Virus record (IMG/VR): IMGVR_UViG_3300020471_002176
Coordinates: 1-63,771 of that record
Reading direction: 5' to 3' (one strand)
DNA length: 63,771 bases
Source: a virus
Taxonomy: Duplodnaviria > Caudoviricetes
The translations under genes were made by a program, and so were the position numbers. Every line of letters begins with the position of its first letter. Positions within the stretch are counted from its first letter, which is position 1. Positions 1 to 10,700 of this stretch are shown one piece after another. The notes below the pieces were generated by a model. It searched no databases, was not told the origin of the DNA, and was given only the letters and a program-made list of their open reading frames with translations.

Positions 1-1
1 T

Positions 2-763
2 GACCTGGACGTATCTGATTTAGATAAGCTCGATGGCATCACTAATGGCACCGCTGCCGCAGGCAAGGCCTTGGTCGTTGACTCAAACAAGGATATTGGA
101 ACCATTAGAAACCTTACCATTGATGGTGTTTTCACTGATGGTAACTATACTTTTGATACAAGCGGCAACGTAACTGGCTTGGGCACTGTTGGTTGTGGTG
201 CAATCACCTCGACTGGGGCTTCAAGCATGGGTTCCTTAAATGTCGGCGGCACCCTTGCTTGCGACACTAGTTTTACGCTAGATTCCACCGTAATTAACGC
301 AACGGAGCTAGGCTACATTGATGGCGTCACTGCTGGCACTGCTGCAGCAAGCAAAGCCTTGGTTCTTGACGGTTCCAAGAATATTGCTACAATCGGAACG
401 GTTGGCTGCGGTGCAATCACCTCAACTGGTGTTTCTAGCTTTGCGGGCTTAAGCGGCGCCGCCATCGGCGCCGGCTTAACAGAAACATCCGGTGTTTTGA
501 GTATTGATTGGGTGAGTCAAACCTTCGCCGTCTCCGCTACTGCGGATGCTACTGCACTTGTGAGTGGTTCCACTGAGGCATTTATATCAGAAACACCTCT
601 GGCAGATTCCGTTCAGGTTTTCTTGAACGGCGCCCTGCAGAGGAAGTCAGGTTCTGCTGGCTACTATGATTATAAGCTTCATGATGATAATCGCCGCATC
701 AAATTCGAGGATGCACTTGAGGTTGCGGATGTGCTTATAGTCAACTACATTGCAAATAGTTGA
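2..763 (+). CDS. Virion structural / tail-fibre-like protein, 5'-truncated by the window
   Basis: Frame is open from base 2; Gly/Thr/Ala-rich with duplicated segments (TAAAxKALVxDxxKxI and TVGCGAITSTG twice each); C-terminal SVQVFLNG..Q...DY module; lies just before the sheath gene. Confidence 0.6.
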   Translation, partial: DLDVSDLDKLDGITNGTAAAGKALVVDSNKDIGTIRNLTIDGVFTDGNYTFDTSGNVTGLGTVGCGAITSTGASSMGSLNVGGTLACDTSFTLDSTVINATELGYIDGVTAGTAAASKALVLDGSKNIATIGTVGCGAITSTGVSSFAGLSGAAIGAGLTETSGVLSIDWVSQTFAVSATADATALVSGSTEAFISETPLADSVQVFLNGALQRKSGSAGYYDYKLHDDNRRIKFEDALEVADVLIVNYIANS

Positions 764-790
764 TAACTCACAATAACTAATCCCACCTTT

Positions 791-820
791 AGCCGGGGGC
801 ATCTGCCCCCGGTTTCCTTT
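791..820 (+). terminator. Rho-independent terminator
   Basis: GCCGGGGGCA-TC-TGCCCCCGGT hairpin followed by a T-rich tract. Confidence 0.75.
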
Positions 821-924
821 TGTTTCTCACCCGGCTTGATTTTTAATTCCTTTGGCTAAATTTAAAACTATTTACTTAAGTAAAACACTATGTATTAGTC
901 TTTTCCACAAGGAGAACCCCAAAG

Positions 925-3852
925 ATGTCGGTAAGAAAGTATAAATTTGTATCACCTGGAATATTTTTAAGAGAAATAGACAATTCACAGCTTCCGGCTG
1001 ATGCCCGAGCTATAGGTCCAGTTATTATTGGTCGAACTGAAAAAGGCCCAGCATTGAAGCCAATCATCGTAAAAGATATGGATGACTTCTCTAGAGTATT
1101 CGGCCTCACTGTTCCTGGTGGCGGCGCCGATACAAATGACCCATGGAGAGACGGCAACTCCACTCTGGCACCAGCTTATGTAGGGTACGCCGCTCAGGCT
1201 TATTTTGCAGCGGGCAACGAGACCCCGCTAACAGTGGTTCGTCTCCTAGGAGCCCAAGATCCCCAGGCCAATGCCGCGACCGCCGGAGCCGAAGCCGGGT
1301 GGCACGCAGCTTACGTTCATGGTGTTTTTGGCACCTTGGCATCGTCGGCCGGTAACAACATTCAACACGGTGTGACAAGCGGATCCTCGATCTACCCGTT
1401 AGCCTTATTTTACAGTAACGATGAAAATTTTGATGTTGGCCTGAAGGGCACCGCCTTTCATGGTGCCACCGCTTATGGCACCGGCTCACAAAACACTGGA
1501 TCACTCTTCAAGGCCGCGGCCGACGGCACCATTACGATAGGTGTAGGCTCAGGCTCGGGACCAGCCTATACGTGGAAGAAATGCACATTTGGTTCGCCCA
1601 CGGACAGAAATTATATTAGAAGAAGCTTCAACACAAATGCAGCTGCTACAAACGCAAGCATCTCACATGACATTGAAAATTATTGGCTCGGTGAAGTTTT
1701 CGAGGGAGCTATGGTTGATCTTGTCGCAGAAAAAGCAGATGATGAACAAGTGGTTTATTTTACAGCACCATTGTCAATAACCGGCAATGACGACCCAGAC
1801 ATGGGCGATCTGTCTTATCCAATGCAAGCGGCAAGAACGGGCTGGGTCATACACCAAGACCTAACCCACAATTCAGACCCAGAGACCGGGGAGGGATCAG
1901 GTTGGGACCCCAGGACAGACCTCAAGAAATTATTCAGAATTCACGCACTACACGAAGGAATTCAAGCATCTAAAGAGCTTGTGGTGCAGATTGAGGATAT
2001 AAAGATTGCAAACCCAGCAGCCCCAGATCCATATAGCAGTTTCACTGTAAAGGTCTATAACGCAGCTGAACTTTGCTTGGGCCTCGAAGCGAGAGAAACT
2101 TATTCTCTCTGCAACCTCAACCCAAACAGCCCAAAATATGTTGCTAGACAAATTGGAGATATGTATGCCAAGTGGCAACAATCAGAAAAGAGAAACAGAT
2201 TTTATGGGGAGAATCCAAATAGATCCCAACTAATCAGAGTGGAGATGCACCCAGACGTTGAAAACGGCCAACTTCCAGATACTTCTGTCGTTCCATTTGG
2301 TTTTTGGGGCCCTTCGGTACCTCATGATATCTTGCTTAGAGACACTATATTGCCGGGCTCCGCAAATGATTGGATATCGGGCTCCTTTTCTGCAGAGCAA
2401 GGAGGCTTCACAACCGAAGTCAATTCACAAACTCTCTACGGCACTGGCTCATTAAAGTGGCCAAGAATCCCCTTGATTGTTTCAGCTTCTAACGATGGCG
2501 GCCCTTTTGGCGTTCGTGTTGGCACTAACGCCGCCGGCTCGCGAGGAACACAGGTGGATCCTGGTTATGTAGATTATATCAGAAGGTTACCTCAGTTTTA
2601 TGAGATAGCCCAAAATCAAGACCTGGGCAAATCCTGGCCAGGCGCCGGCGCAAAAGCTTCTTTTGTGTTTACGTTGAATGACATAGTTGTTAGCGGCTCG
2701 AATCTTACTACCGCCGATGCACTAGTTGAGCATGCGTATTACAAATCTGGTTCATATGAGCTTGGAGATGCATTTACCTCTACTGGTTCCGCTTATGCAT
2801 CTCACCTTTTAGAGCTAGGTTACGACAAGTTCGCCATGCCACTGGTTGGGGGCTTTGACGGAATAAACATACTGGAAGCCAACCCGTTTAATAACTCAAC
2901 TCGAACCCTATCTGGCAAGTCCTCCCGAGAGTCGTATGCATATGCATCCGTTGAGCGCGCCATTGATACCATTTCCAATCCGGAAATAGTGGAACACAAC
3001 GTTGCATTGATGCCAGGAATAACGGTCCCCGGCTTAACAAAGAAGTTGGTTCAGGCCTGTGAAGCTAGATCTGATTCGTTGGCAATTATAGATCTGCCAA
3101 ATATTTATGTTCCTCCAACTGAAGAAAAGTGTGATGCTTTTCACGAGAGACTAAAAACAAATCCAAAGGCCGCGGCCAAAGAGCTTGTTGAGCGCCAACT
3201 AAACTCAAGTTATGGTTGCTCGTATTATCCTTGGGTCAAGGTTGCGGACCCGCACCAAGATGGCAAGCTTGTTTGGGTTCCGCCATCAGTTGTAGCTTTG
3301 GGTGTTTTTGCAAACACAGATAAGAGAGACGTGTGGTTTGCACCCGCAGGGTTTAATCGAGGCGGCCTTACCCTCGCTAATTGCGGATTACAGGTTACTC
3401 GCGTCTCGGAGCAGTTACTCTCAAAGGATCGAGACGCTTTGTACGAAGCGGGGATCAATCCGATCGCCTCGTTCGTGGGAGAGGGCATTGTTGTTTTTGG
3501 TCAAAAGACACTTCAATTGACCAGATCAGCTCTAGACAGGATAAATGTTCGAAGGCTGCTGATTTATGTAAAGAAGGAGATTTCTTTCTATGCAACCGAT
3601 ATATTATTCGACCAGAACGTTAAAGTTACTTGGAATAGGTTCTTACAAAGAGTGGTGCCATTCTTGGAGGGCGTTAAGACTCGATTAGGTCTTTCCGACT
3701 TCAAGGTTATCTTAGATGAGACAACCACAACTCCAGATCTTGTTGACAGAAATGTTTTGTATGCCAAGGTATTTTTAAAGCCTGCAAGGGCCATAGAGTT
3801 TATTGCCGTTGATTTCGTAATTACCCGAACCGGTGCCGCTTGGCAGGACTAG
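925..3852 (+). CDS. Contractile tail sheath protein
   Basis: N-terminal FVSPGIFLREID; C-terminal YYPWV, WFAPAGFNRG, GQKTLQ..SALDRINVRRLL, KPARAIEFI motifs. Confidence 0.95.
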   Translation: MSVRKYKFVSPGIFLREIDNSQLPADARAIGPVIIGRTEKGPALKPIIVKDMDDFSRVFGLTVPGGGADTNDPWRDGNSTLAPAYVGYAAQAYFAAGNETPLTVVRLLGAQDPQANAATAGAEAGWHAAYVHGVFGTLASSAGNNIQHGVTSGSSIYPLALFYSNDENFDVGLKGTAFHGATAYGTGSQNTGSLFKAAADGTITIGVGSGSGPAYTWKKCTFGSPTDRNYIRRSFNTNAAATNASISHDIENYWLGEVFEGAMVDLVAEKADDEQVVYFTAPLSITGNDDPDMGDLSYPMQAARTGWVIHQDLTHNSDPETGEGSGWDPRTDLKKLFRIHALHEGIQASKELVVQIEDIKIANPAAPDPYSSFTVKVYNAAELCLGLEARETYSLCNLNPNSPKYVARQIGDMYAKWQQSEKRNRFYGENPNRSQLIRVEMHPDVENGQLPDTSVVPFGFWGPSVPHDILLRDTILPGSANDWISGSFSAEQGGFTTEVNSQTLYGTGSLKWPRIPLIVSASNDGGPFGVRVGTNAAGSRGTQVDPGYVDYIRRLPQFYEIAQNQDLGKSWPGAGAKASFVFTLNDIVVSGSNLTTADALVEHAYYKSGSYELGDAFTSTGSAYASHLLELGYDKFAMPLVGGFDGINILEANPFNNSTRTLSGKSSRESYAYASVERAIDTISNPEIVEHNVALMPGITVPGLTKKLVQACEARSDSLAIIDLPNIYVPPTEEKCDAFHERLKTNPKAAAKELVERQLNSSYGCSYYPWVKVADPHQDGKLVWVPPSVVALGVFANTDKRDVWFAPAGFNRGGLTLANCGLQVTRVSEQLLSKDRDALYEAGINPIASFVGEGIVVFGQKTLQLTRSALDRINVRRLLIYVKKEISFYATDILFDQNVKVTWNRFLQRVVPFLEGVKTRLGLSDFKVILDETTTTPDLVDRNVLYAKVFLKPARAIEFIAVDFVITRTGAAWQD

Positions 3853-3910
3853 GGATTATAAAATATAAAAATTATATTTAAGAAACTATATATTACAGGA
3901 GATACAAAAC

Positions 3911-4531
3911 ATGGCCGAAGGAAATAGCCCCGCATTCTGGAATGTAACTAGCGTTGAGCCAAAAAGGCAATTCAGATGGTTTTTGACTGTCAACGGGATC
4001 CCTCAGTGGGTTTTAAAGACGGCAAAGAAGCCATCATTTAAGGTTACTGAGACTCCACATGATTTTTTGAACTACAAGTTCCATTATCCTGGCAGAATCG
4101 AGTGGGAACCAATAGACATAACACTAGTCGACCCCGTGCAGCCTGACTCAACCCAGATATTGTATAAGATGCTTCTAGATGGCGGCTATGTTTTGCCATC
4201 AAACTACCAAGCTCAGGCAGCCGCCACCAAACCGCGGACGATCTCAAAGAATTCTTTTGTAAAGGCTTTTTCGGGGGGCGGTGAAGTTTACCTGGAGCAG
4301 ATCTCCTCTAATGACCCAAACGAGGGCGGACAAACGGGCATGCTTGAGAAATGGGCAATTAAGAACCCATTCATTACGAGTTGTAATTTTGGTGATTTGA
4401 GTTATGAAAATGACGGCCTAGTAGAAATCAGCTTAACCATTAGGTATGACTTCGCAGAGTGCCTGATCGGCCCCGACACCGGAGGTGACCGCACAACCGG
4501 ATACACGCCCCCTAGAGGCACCACAGAATAG
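3911..4531 (+). CDS. Tail tube protein (T4 gp19-like)
   Basis: Follows the sheath; EPKRQFRW, YPGRIEWEPIDITLVDP, FGDLSY...ISLTIRYD motifs. Confidence 0.88.
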   Translation: MAEGNSPAFWNVTSVEPKRQFRWFLTVNGIPQWVLKTAKKPSFKVTETPHDFLNYKFHYPGRIEWEPIDITLVDPVQPDSTQILYKMLLDGGYVLPSNYQAQAAATKPRTISKNSFVKAFSGGGEVYLEQISSNDPNEGGQTGMLEKWAIKNPFITSCNFGDLSYENDGLVEISLTIRYDFAECLIGPDTGGDRTTGYTPPRGTTE

Positions 4532-4567
4532 ATTTTGAGTTTTTGATAAAGAAGAAAGAGAGTACAA

Positions 4568-5443
4568 GTGTCTAGAAATAAAAATAGAATAATCAGAGAA
4601 ACCGCAGAATTAGAGCCCCCAACAAGTCATACACCTCCAACACCACCAACGCCAACAAGGGAAGCAAACCCTTTTGGCCTATCTTTTGTTGAACCAACCG
4701 AGGTGGTGGAACTGCCATCAGCAGGTCGTTTTTACCCTGAGGACCATCCTCTTCACGGGGTATCTAGTATAGAAATAAAACAAATGACAGCAAAAGAGGA
4801 AGATATCCTCGCGAACAACAACTATATCGATAGTGGCCAGGTTTATGAAAGGTTGTTGGACAGTATAATAGTAAACAAGAGTATCAAATCGAAAGATTTG
4901 TTGCCTGGCGATCAAGACGCCTTGCTTCTTCGAGCCCGACGCTCTGGCTACGGTGATGAAATTGAAAACAACGAGTTCTGCCCATCGTGCGGAAAGCGAG
5001 TTGATGTGAAATATGACTTATCTTCAGTCGAAAACAAACAAACAGACCTCCCATTGGGTGTTCATTTTGAAGAGTCAAGCTCTACTTTTGCTTTCACTTT
5101 GCCAAAGAGCAATATCAAAGTATCAATGAGACTTCTGACGGGAACAGAAAAAGAATACATGAGAAAACAAAGAGAGAATAAAGAAAGACTCAATATAGAG
5201 ACGAATGACACGATTGACTTCCTGAGACAAGCCATAGTCTCAGCAAACGGGATTACAGACCCCGGCTTATTGAATCAGTTGGTAGAGGTCCTTCCAGCTA
5301 TTGATTCTCGTAAAATAAGGATCATGCAAAAAAGATTATCACCTTCAATCGACACGAGCCAGACAGCAACTTGTCCAAGTTGCGGAAGCGACATTGAGGG
5401 TGAAATTCCGTTTAACCTAAATTTTTTTTGGCCTGAATTATGA
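4568..5443 (+). CDS. Baseplate hub / tail assembly chaperone (T4 gp26-like)
   Basis: VELPSAGRFY, MTAKEEDIL, two CPSCG motifs, ends FFWP; between tube and tape-measure-like genes. Confidence 0.8.
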   Translation: MSRNKNRIIRETAELEPPTSHTPPTPPTPTREANPFGLSFVEPTEVVELPSAGRFYPEDHPLHGVSSIEIKQMTAKEEDILANNNYIDSGQVYERLLDSIIVNKSIKSKDLLPGDQDALLLRARRSGYGDEIENNEFCPSCGKRVDVKYDLSSVENKQTDLPLGVHFEESSSTFAFTLPKSNIKVSMRLLTGTEKEYMRKQRENKERLNIETNDTIDFLRQAIVSANGITDPGLLNQLVEVLPAIDSRKIRIMQKRLSPSIDTSQTATCPSCGSDIEGEIPFNLNFFWPEL

Positions 5444-5594
5444 ATATGTAGAAAAAGTGACCTATGAGGAGATCTTTTTTCTAAAAATGCACGGCAATTG
5501 GTCTTTTCAAGAGGCCTACAACCTACCAATACAATTAAGAAAGTGGTTTTGCAAGAGGCTATCAAAACACTTTGAGCAGATTAATCCTGAATAA
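5430..5594 (+). CDS. gp51-like tail/baseplate assembly extension, probably reached by frameshift from the upstream gene
   Basis: +1 frame after a T8 run reads GLNYEYVEKVTYEEIFFLKMHGNWSFQEAYNLPIQLRKWFCKRL; no convincing SD/start of its own. Confidence 0.65.
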   Translation, partial: GLNYEYVEKVTYEEIFFLKMHGNWSFQEAYNLPIQLRKWFCKRLSKHFEQINPE

Positions 5595-5633
5595 TCTTGT
5601 GTCAACATAATTATAATAAGGGGGTACTTATCC

Positions 5634-7358
5634 ATGACGCGCGAAGAAATGATCGCCGAAATCAATAGACTGAAGGGAGAAATCAAACTTCTCAGGAGCA
5701 CCCGCACCCGGGCTGAGACTTTCGATTCTGACGTCCCCAACCCGTCCGAATTCGCCACGCAACTGACTCAAAGCTACAATGACAATGTCTTTGGGAAGAT
5801 CTCAAAAGATTTCTCCGCGGCCATGAAACAGATGCAAATCGATGGCAATTCGTTTTTTTTAAACTTTGAGGAAGGTGGCAAGTTTCAATCTGGCTTAATG
5901 AGAGCAATGGATGTATCTCAAAAGATCACTGGGAACTACAAAGTCGGATCCGAGGTGATGAAAAAGCTGTCAGGAAACATGAAGACCTTTGTGAGTCTTA
6001 GCGAAAGTGGCCTTCAGTCTTTGACGAAGCAAAGTATCATATTCCAAAAGTTGGGACTTGATGCTTCTACTTATGGAAAAATATTAGATTCTGCTCGTTT
6101 AGCTTACGGTCAGAGTGAACAAGAAGCTGAACAACTAGGCAATTCATTGATGGCGCTGTCCATTAAGCTTTCTATACCTGCGCAGGTTTTGGCAACAGAT
6201 TTCAACAAGGCGCAAAAATCAATGGCGTATGATGCAGAAAAGTTAAACAATATTTTTCACAAATTGCAGTACACCTCTCGAACAACGGGTATAAATTTTG
6301 ATACACTGACTAGCAAGTTTGGCGATACGATGGATAATTTTAAAGGCTCCGCGGACATCGCTGGCCGCTTGAATGCTGTTTTGGGTGATTCTGTATTTAA
6401 TTCGATTGAGTTGCTGGGTATGAATGAAGCAGAGAGAGTTGGCACGATCACAGATAGAGTAAGAGCCAGCTTGCAAGCAAGAGGTAAAAATGTAAACGAA
6501 CTTGGCAAGTTCGAATTAAAAGCATTGGCCTCAAGCATTGGTTTGTCTCCTGAAGATACGAGACGCCTGCTGAGTGGAGAGTCTGTAGATGTAGAGCGCG
6601 CCCTAGAAAGTATGTCAGGTGGCAACCTGAAGGAACCTTCTGAGGCCGCAGCAAAAGGTTTGAAATTTTTCGAAAATACACTGAGACGGACCCGGAGTGA
6701 ACTAGAAAACTTTAATATAGACCTAAACGCCAGTCTTTTCGAGCGCCGCCGCACGGAAAGCGTAACGGGAACCGGCGCAATGGCCGGCTCATCCTTCTTT
6801 GCAGCGGATTATCTCAAAACTACCCGGGGATTGACGGACGCCATGGCCAAACGAATTGATGCGGCCTTGAAGCCATTCAGTATGGATGAGTTTCAAAAAA
6901 GGCAGGTTTCCGATATTGCAATAAGAGATTTTCGAATAATAAAAAGGCTTGAGGCTATCACTGCCCAAGGCCGCCAGGGCGAAAAAGGCCTATTACGGAG
7001 AGTTATAAATGAATTTAGAACCGCGAAACCTGCAGGCCCCGCTGGAGATTTTGATGATAGAAAGCGCGGCGTCCGCGTAGACCAGCGGAAGACAATTGAT
7101 GCGTACAAAGACTTCGCGGCTCTGCAAACCATCCTCACCCCCAACTTGGTAAGCGCCGCGGCCAGAGTCCAAAAAAAGCACATTGAGGCTCTTGGTGCCC
7201 ATTCGGCCGCACTGACCGCGTGGGCTGACGCCTCAGGCGCAGCCGTGGTGAATTTGAACGTCACCACCACCGGAGGACGCCCTCAACCGGTCCCGCTGAC
7301 CACCGCCCAGAAGGCGGCAATAGTGGACGATGTACTTGAAATTCTGAGGAGAAGGTAA
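5634..7358 (+). CDS. Tape-measure-like tail protein
   Basis: Position after the chaperone; helical Ala/Lys/Leu-rich composition. Confidence 0.6.
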   Translation: MTREEMIAEINRLKGEIKLLRSTRTRAETFDSDVPNPSEFATQLTQSYNDNVFGKISKDFSAAMKQMQIDGNSFFLNFEEGGKFQSGLMRAMDVSQKITGNYKVGSEVMKKLSGNMKTFVSLSESGLQSLTKQSIIFQKLGLDASTYGKILDSARLAYGQSEQEAEQLGNSLMALSIKLSIPAQVLATDFNKAQKSMAYDAEKLNNIFHKLQYTSRTTGINFDTLTSKFGDTMDNFKGSADIAGRLNAVLGDSVFNSIELLGMNEAERVGTITDRVRASLQARGKNVNELGKFELKALASSIGLSPEDTRRLLSGESVDVERALESMSGGNLKEPSEAAAKGLKFFENTLRRTRSELENFNIDLNASLFERRRTESVTGTGAMAGSSFFAADYLKTTRGLTDAMAKRIDAALKPFSMDEFQKRQVSDIAIRDFRIIKRLEAITAQGRQGEKGLLRRVINEFRTAKPAGPAGDFDDRKRGVRVDQRKTIDAYKDFAALQTILTPNLVSAAARVQKKHIEALGAHSAALTAWADASGAAVVNLNVTTTGGRPQPVPLTTAQKAAIVDDVLEILRRR

Positions 7359-7379
7359 TAACTAACAGGAGGATACAAA

Positions 7380-8114
7380 ATGACAAGGCGAGGAAACCCA
7401 ATAACGGACACAAGGCAAAAATCATCCGGATTTTTTAATTTTAACGAGCTTGCCGAAGCGAAAGAGCAAACAGTTGAGTTTACGCACGTCATGACTGGCA
7501 AAAACGTAAAGTTCCCAGCATTTATCACTCAGTATTCCGATGATTATTCTTTAACCTGGGGCAGCGAAACAATATTCGGGAGAATGGATTCAGTGAGGCC
7601 ATATTCAGGCACACAAAGAAAAATACAACTGGCATTTAAAGTTCTAGCCCCCGACTTGCAACATGCAAAGTATAATTTTAGAAAACAAAGTTTGCTTTCT
7701 CAAATGATGTACCCTGTCTATAGTGAGCTCCTTTCAAAAGGCAACAACACAGGTAGGACGATTAAAGCCCCTCCGCTTCTTAGGATAAAATTTATGAACT
7801 TGGTGCAAAATAAAGCAACAATAAATGCCGGGGGTCTCTTGGGCACTGCGCAGGGATTTCAATTTACTCCGAATGTTGAAGCCGGCTGGTATATGGATGA
7901 GCGCGATACAAAGCTGTACCCAAAGGAATACACTTTGTCTTTTACTTTTGATGTTCTTCATGAAGAAACACCAGGGTTCGATGAAACAGGAGAATTTATG
8001 ATAAAAGATTTTCCTTACGGCACTCAACCAACCACGAAAGATGATACTCCTTTTGGGGCCGTAACCACCCGCGACCAGCGTCGCGCTGCCGATGAGGAGG
8101 TAATGTATTCATGA
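7380..8114 (+). CDS. Baseplate / tail-tube initiator-like protein
   Basis: FPAFITQYSDDY..WGSETIFGRMD..Y.GT.R.I; PPLLRIKF; tail module context. Confidence 0.65.
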   Translation: MTRRGNPITDTRQKSSGFFNFNELAEAKEQTVEFTHVMTGKNVKFPAFITQYSDDYSLTWGSETIFGRMDSVRPYSGTQRKIQLAFKVLAPDLQHAKYNFRKQSLLSQMMYPVYSELLSKGNNTGRTIKAPPLLRIKFMNLVQNKATINAGGLLGTAQGFQFTPNVEAGWYMDERDTKLYPKEYTLSFTFDVLHEETPGFDETGEFMIKDFPYGTQPTTKDDTPFGAVTTRDQRRAADEEVMYS

Positions 8115-8455
8115 CAGATAGGAACCTTGAAAGGATTATTTACAGGAACGACAACGATTTGTATCGTAGGCGCCTGCAAGACAAAAATGTAAAAGAGTTT
8201 TATCACTATGGAAAGCTCAGGCTCAACCCCATCACAATAGAAGAGAGAAAAACCCTAACAACAAGAATGCATTCTTGGGGCCCAACGGATACTTTGTATA
8301 AGTTGTCATTCGAGTATTACGGTATAAAGGATTATTGGTGGCTTATCGGCTGGTACAACAAGAAGCCTATGGATTTCATGTATCAGCAGTCCGAGATGCT
8401 ACACATACCTTTCCCCCTGGAGGATGCACTCAGGCTAGCAACAAGGGAAACTTGA
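8111..8455 (+). CDS. Baseplate wedge protein (gp53/LysM-like)
   Basis: DTLYKLSFEYYG...YWWLIGWYN...LHIP pattern. Confidence 0.7.
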   Translation: MTDRNLERIIYRNDNDLYRRRLQDKNVKEFYHYGKLRLNPITIEERKTLTTRMHSWGPTDTLYKLSFEYYGIKDYWWLIGWYNKKPMDFMYQQSEMLHIPFPLEDALRLATRET

Positions 8456-8456
8456 T

Positions 8457-10700
8457 ATGGCAAAGGTATTACAAGCAAAATATGACTCGCAGGCTTTATT
8501 AATTTTTGCAAAGTATTTTTTGCAAAAAGGCGGTTTCAAGGAGTCGGATATAAAAGAAAAAGGCATACTCAAGGTAAAGGGGGCATATCAGCCTTCGGGT
8601 TTTATATCCAAAATTACTCAACCTAAGGCTGCCAGGAATATAACAAAAAATTTCTTTAATCTGCCAAATCACAAGTTGAATTCTCTAGTTCCAGAGGTTA
8701 GACTATATAAAGTGCACAAGTCTGGGAGGTATCAGCCGTTTTATTTCCCAACGGCAACTGATGTGGAGACATCAATTTCGAACAAGCCCTTTGGCATGAG
8801 TCACGCAGGTATTAAAACTTTTGATATAAACTTCGTCGGCCAGGATACTTTCACCGCAAAAAGGTTTTTAGACTGCAAGCTTACGATTTATGTTGATAAC
8901 CTAGAGTTCATATTCAGAGAACCGCCCGCGGGCTCTGATTATGCTGTCCTTGCAGATTTGTTCACAATCTCAAGAGCAAAGGGCAACAAAGCGCTAAAGT
9001 CGAAACAATCTGCCAAGCCGATTTCCAGTTCTGAGGTTTTTAACGCATCAAAGTACGAAATTGGCGCTATTGTAGGTTGGACAGGAGGCGAATCGGTGCT
9101 CACTTCAGCGGAGATCTCAGACATAGAAGAAACAAAACTATCTCTAAGAATGACGCTTTCGGATCACACTATAAACGTCGGAAAAGATGGCTCCGCAACA
9201 ATAGATATAAGCTACACAGCCCGTGTTTCGACGGTTTTGTCTTCAACTTTCTTTGACATAACAACAACTCCTTCTAATCTCGTCAATGCTGCCGTTGCTA
9301 TTGATATGGATTTAGCAGAAGCAAAAGAAATTGCTGACCCAAAAGTCCGCGCCGCAGCCATAAAAGAAATAAACGACAGAAAGAAGTCACAATTTCATAG
9401 GTCAATATCTGAGAAAATCTTGAAGCCTCTTGAAAAGTCTGGAAAAGTCCACTATATTATAGGTAATGATTTTCTTGCCGACTACTACAACGCAAGCAAA
9501 AAAGAAGATTTAGATTTAGCTGAGGGTATTGAAGATGAAGATGTTAAAAAAGCGGCAAAGAAAGAAATAAATGCGCCTCCGGCTACCCAGACGACCAAGG
9601 GGAAAAAGAAAAAAACTTCTGCATCGCTGCAGCAGGCACGCCACCCCCGCACTCAGCCGATATCTTATGTGAATTATGGTGATTTTTTGGAGCAAATATT
9701 CAAGTTTGCAAAAGAGAACATTCACGCCGCTATCAAGACAGTTAAAACGAAAAAACCGGCTGACATGAAAAAGAGAATTGCAGCATTACAAGAAAAGGCT
9801 CAAGAGATTGACCAAACCAAAGTGCTTTTGACTGATGTGTTGCTGACCTTAAAAGACGACCACACAGTCACAACGAACATCGCAGATATACCTATATCGA
9901 TGAAGACGCTGCAAGTTTTCTTTTTTCAAGAACTGGCGAACAAAAGGAAGTATTCTTTTACTTTGAAAGATGCTTTGCACCTAAGCGTCACAAAAGTGCT
10001 GCCACGGGCGCTTTCTAAATTTACAGCAAGTTCAGCGACTTTTCTTGACGCAGGGGTTAATTTGTCGTATATTTCAATATCGGGTAAAAAAATAAAAGAT
10101 AAAGGACCAGAAATCGATATTTCCAAGTTACCATCCTTTTTAAAGAGAAAGACACTGAAGCACAAAAAGGAGGAAATGGAATACTTTATAATCTACTCTC
10201 CACCTTCGAGGACAATAGGGTATAAGGGCGCTGGGATTCTGGGGCAAGATATGGTAAACGGCATATACCACTTTAACCTTAGTAAAGATCGCGGCCTAAT
10301 AAAAAGCATTGATTTTAAAAAATTTGACGTTAAATATAGAAGAGAGGGATTGATGGTCGACTCAGTGAGTCTTTATGACGAACTAAAGATGCCCTACAGC
10401 GCGAACATTTCAATGTTTGGTAACACTTTGTTTTTCCCTGGGTCTCAAATATTTATAGATCCAACTACAATAGGTTTTGGTGATCCAAGGAAATACGACT
10501 CTGCTGCATTTCGTATAGGGCTAGGTGGGTACTATACGGTGATCAGTGTAAGCCACTCTTTCAACGGCCCAGAGTATACCACAAACCTAGAGTGCTCATT
10601 TGGATCCTGGAAAGAGGACCGCGGCGGCGGAATGTTGGCATCGATGGCGGCCTCAGAGCTTGGAATAATTCCGGGTGAAAAAACGAGGAAATTGGGATGA
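8457..10700 (+). CDS. Putative baseplate hub protein
   Basis: C-terminal ANISMFGNTLFFPG...GLGGYYTVISVSHSF..YTTNLEC typical of hub proteins; context. Confidence 0.55.
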   Translation: MAKVLQAKYDSQALLIFAKYFLQKGGFKESDIKEKGILKVKGAYQPSGFISKITQPKAARNITKNFFNLPNHKLNSLVPEVRLYKVHKSGRYQPFYFPTATDVETSISNKPFGMSHAGIKTFDINFVGQDTFTAKRFLDCKLTIYVDNLEFIFREPPAGSDYAVLADLFTISRAKGNKALKSKQSAKPISSSEVFNASKYEIGAIVGWTGGESVLTSAEISDIEETKLSLRMTLSDHTINVGKDGSATIDISYTARVSTVLSSTFFDITTTPSNLVNAAVAIDMDLAEAKEIADPKVRAAAIKEINDRKKSQFHRSISEKILKPLEKSGKVHYIIGNDFLADYYNASKKEDLDLAEGIEDEDVKKAAKKEINAPPATQTTKGKKKKTSASLQQARHPRTQPISYVNYGDFLEQIFKFAKENIHAAIKTVKTKKPADMKKRIAALQEKAQEIDQTKVLLTDVLLTLKDDHTVTTNIADIPISMKTLQVFFFQELANKRKYSFTLKDALHLSVTKVLPRALSKFTASSATFLDAGVNLSYISISGKKIKDKGPEIDISKLPSFLKRKTLKHKKEEMEYFIIYSPPSRTIGYKGAGILGQDMVNGIYHFNLSKDRGLIKSIDFKKFDVKYRREGLMVDSVSLYDELKMPYSANISMFGNTLFFPGSQIFIDPTTIGFGDPRKYDSAAFRIGLGGYYTVISVSHSFNGPEYTTNLECSFGSWKEDRGGGMLASMAASELGIIPGEKTRKLG

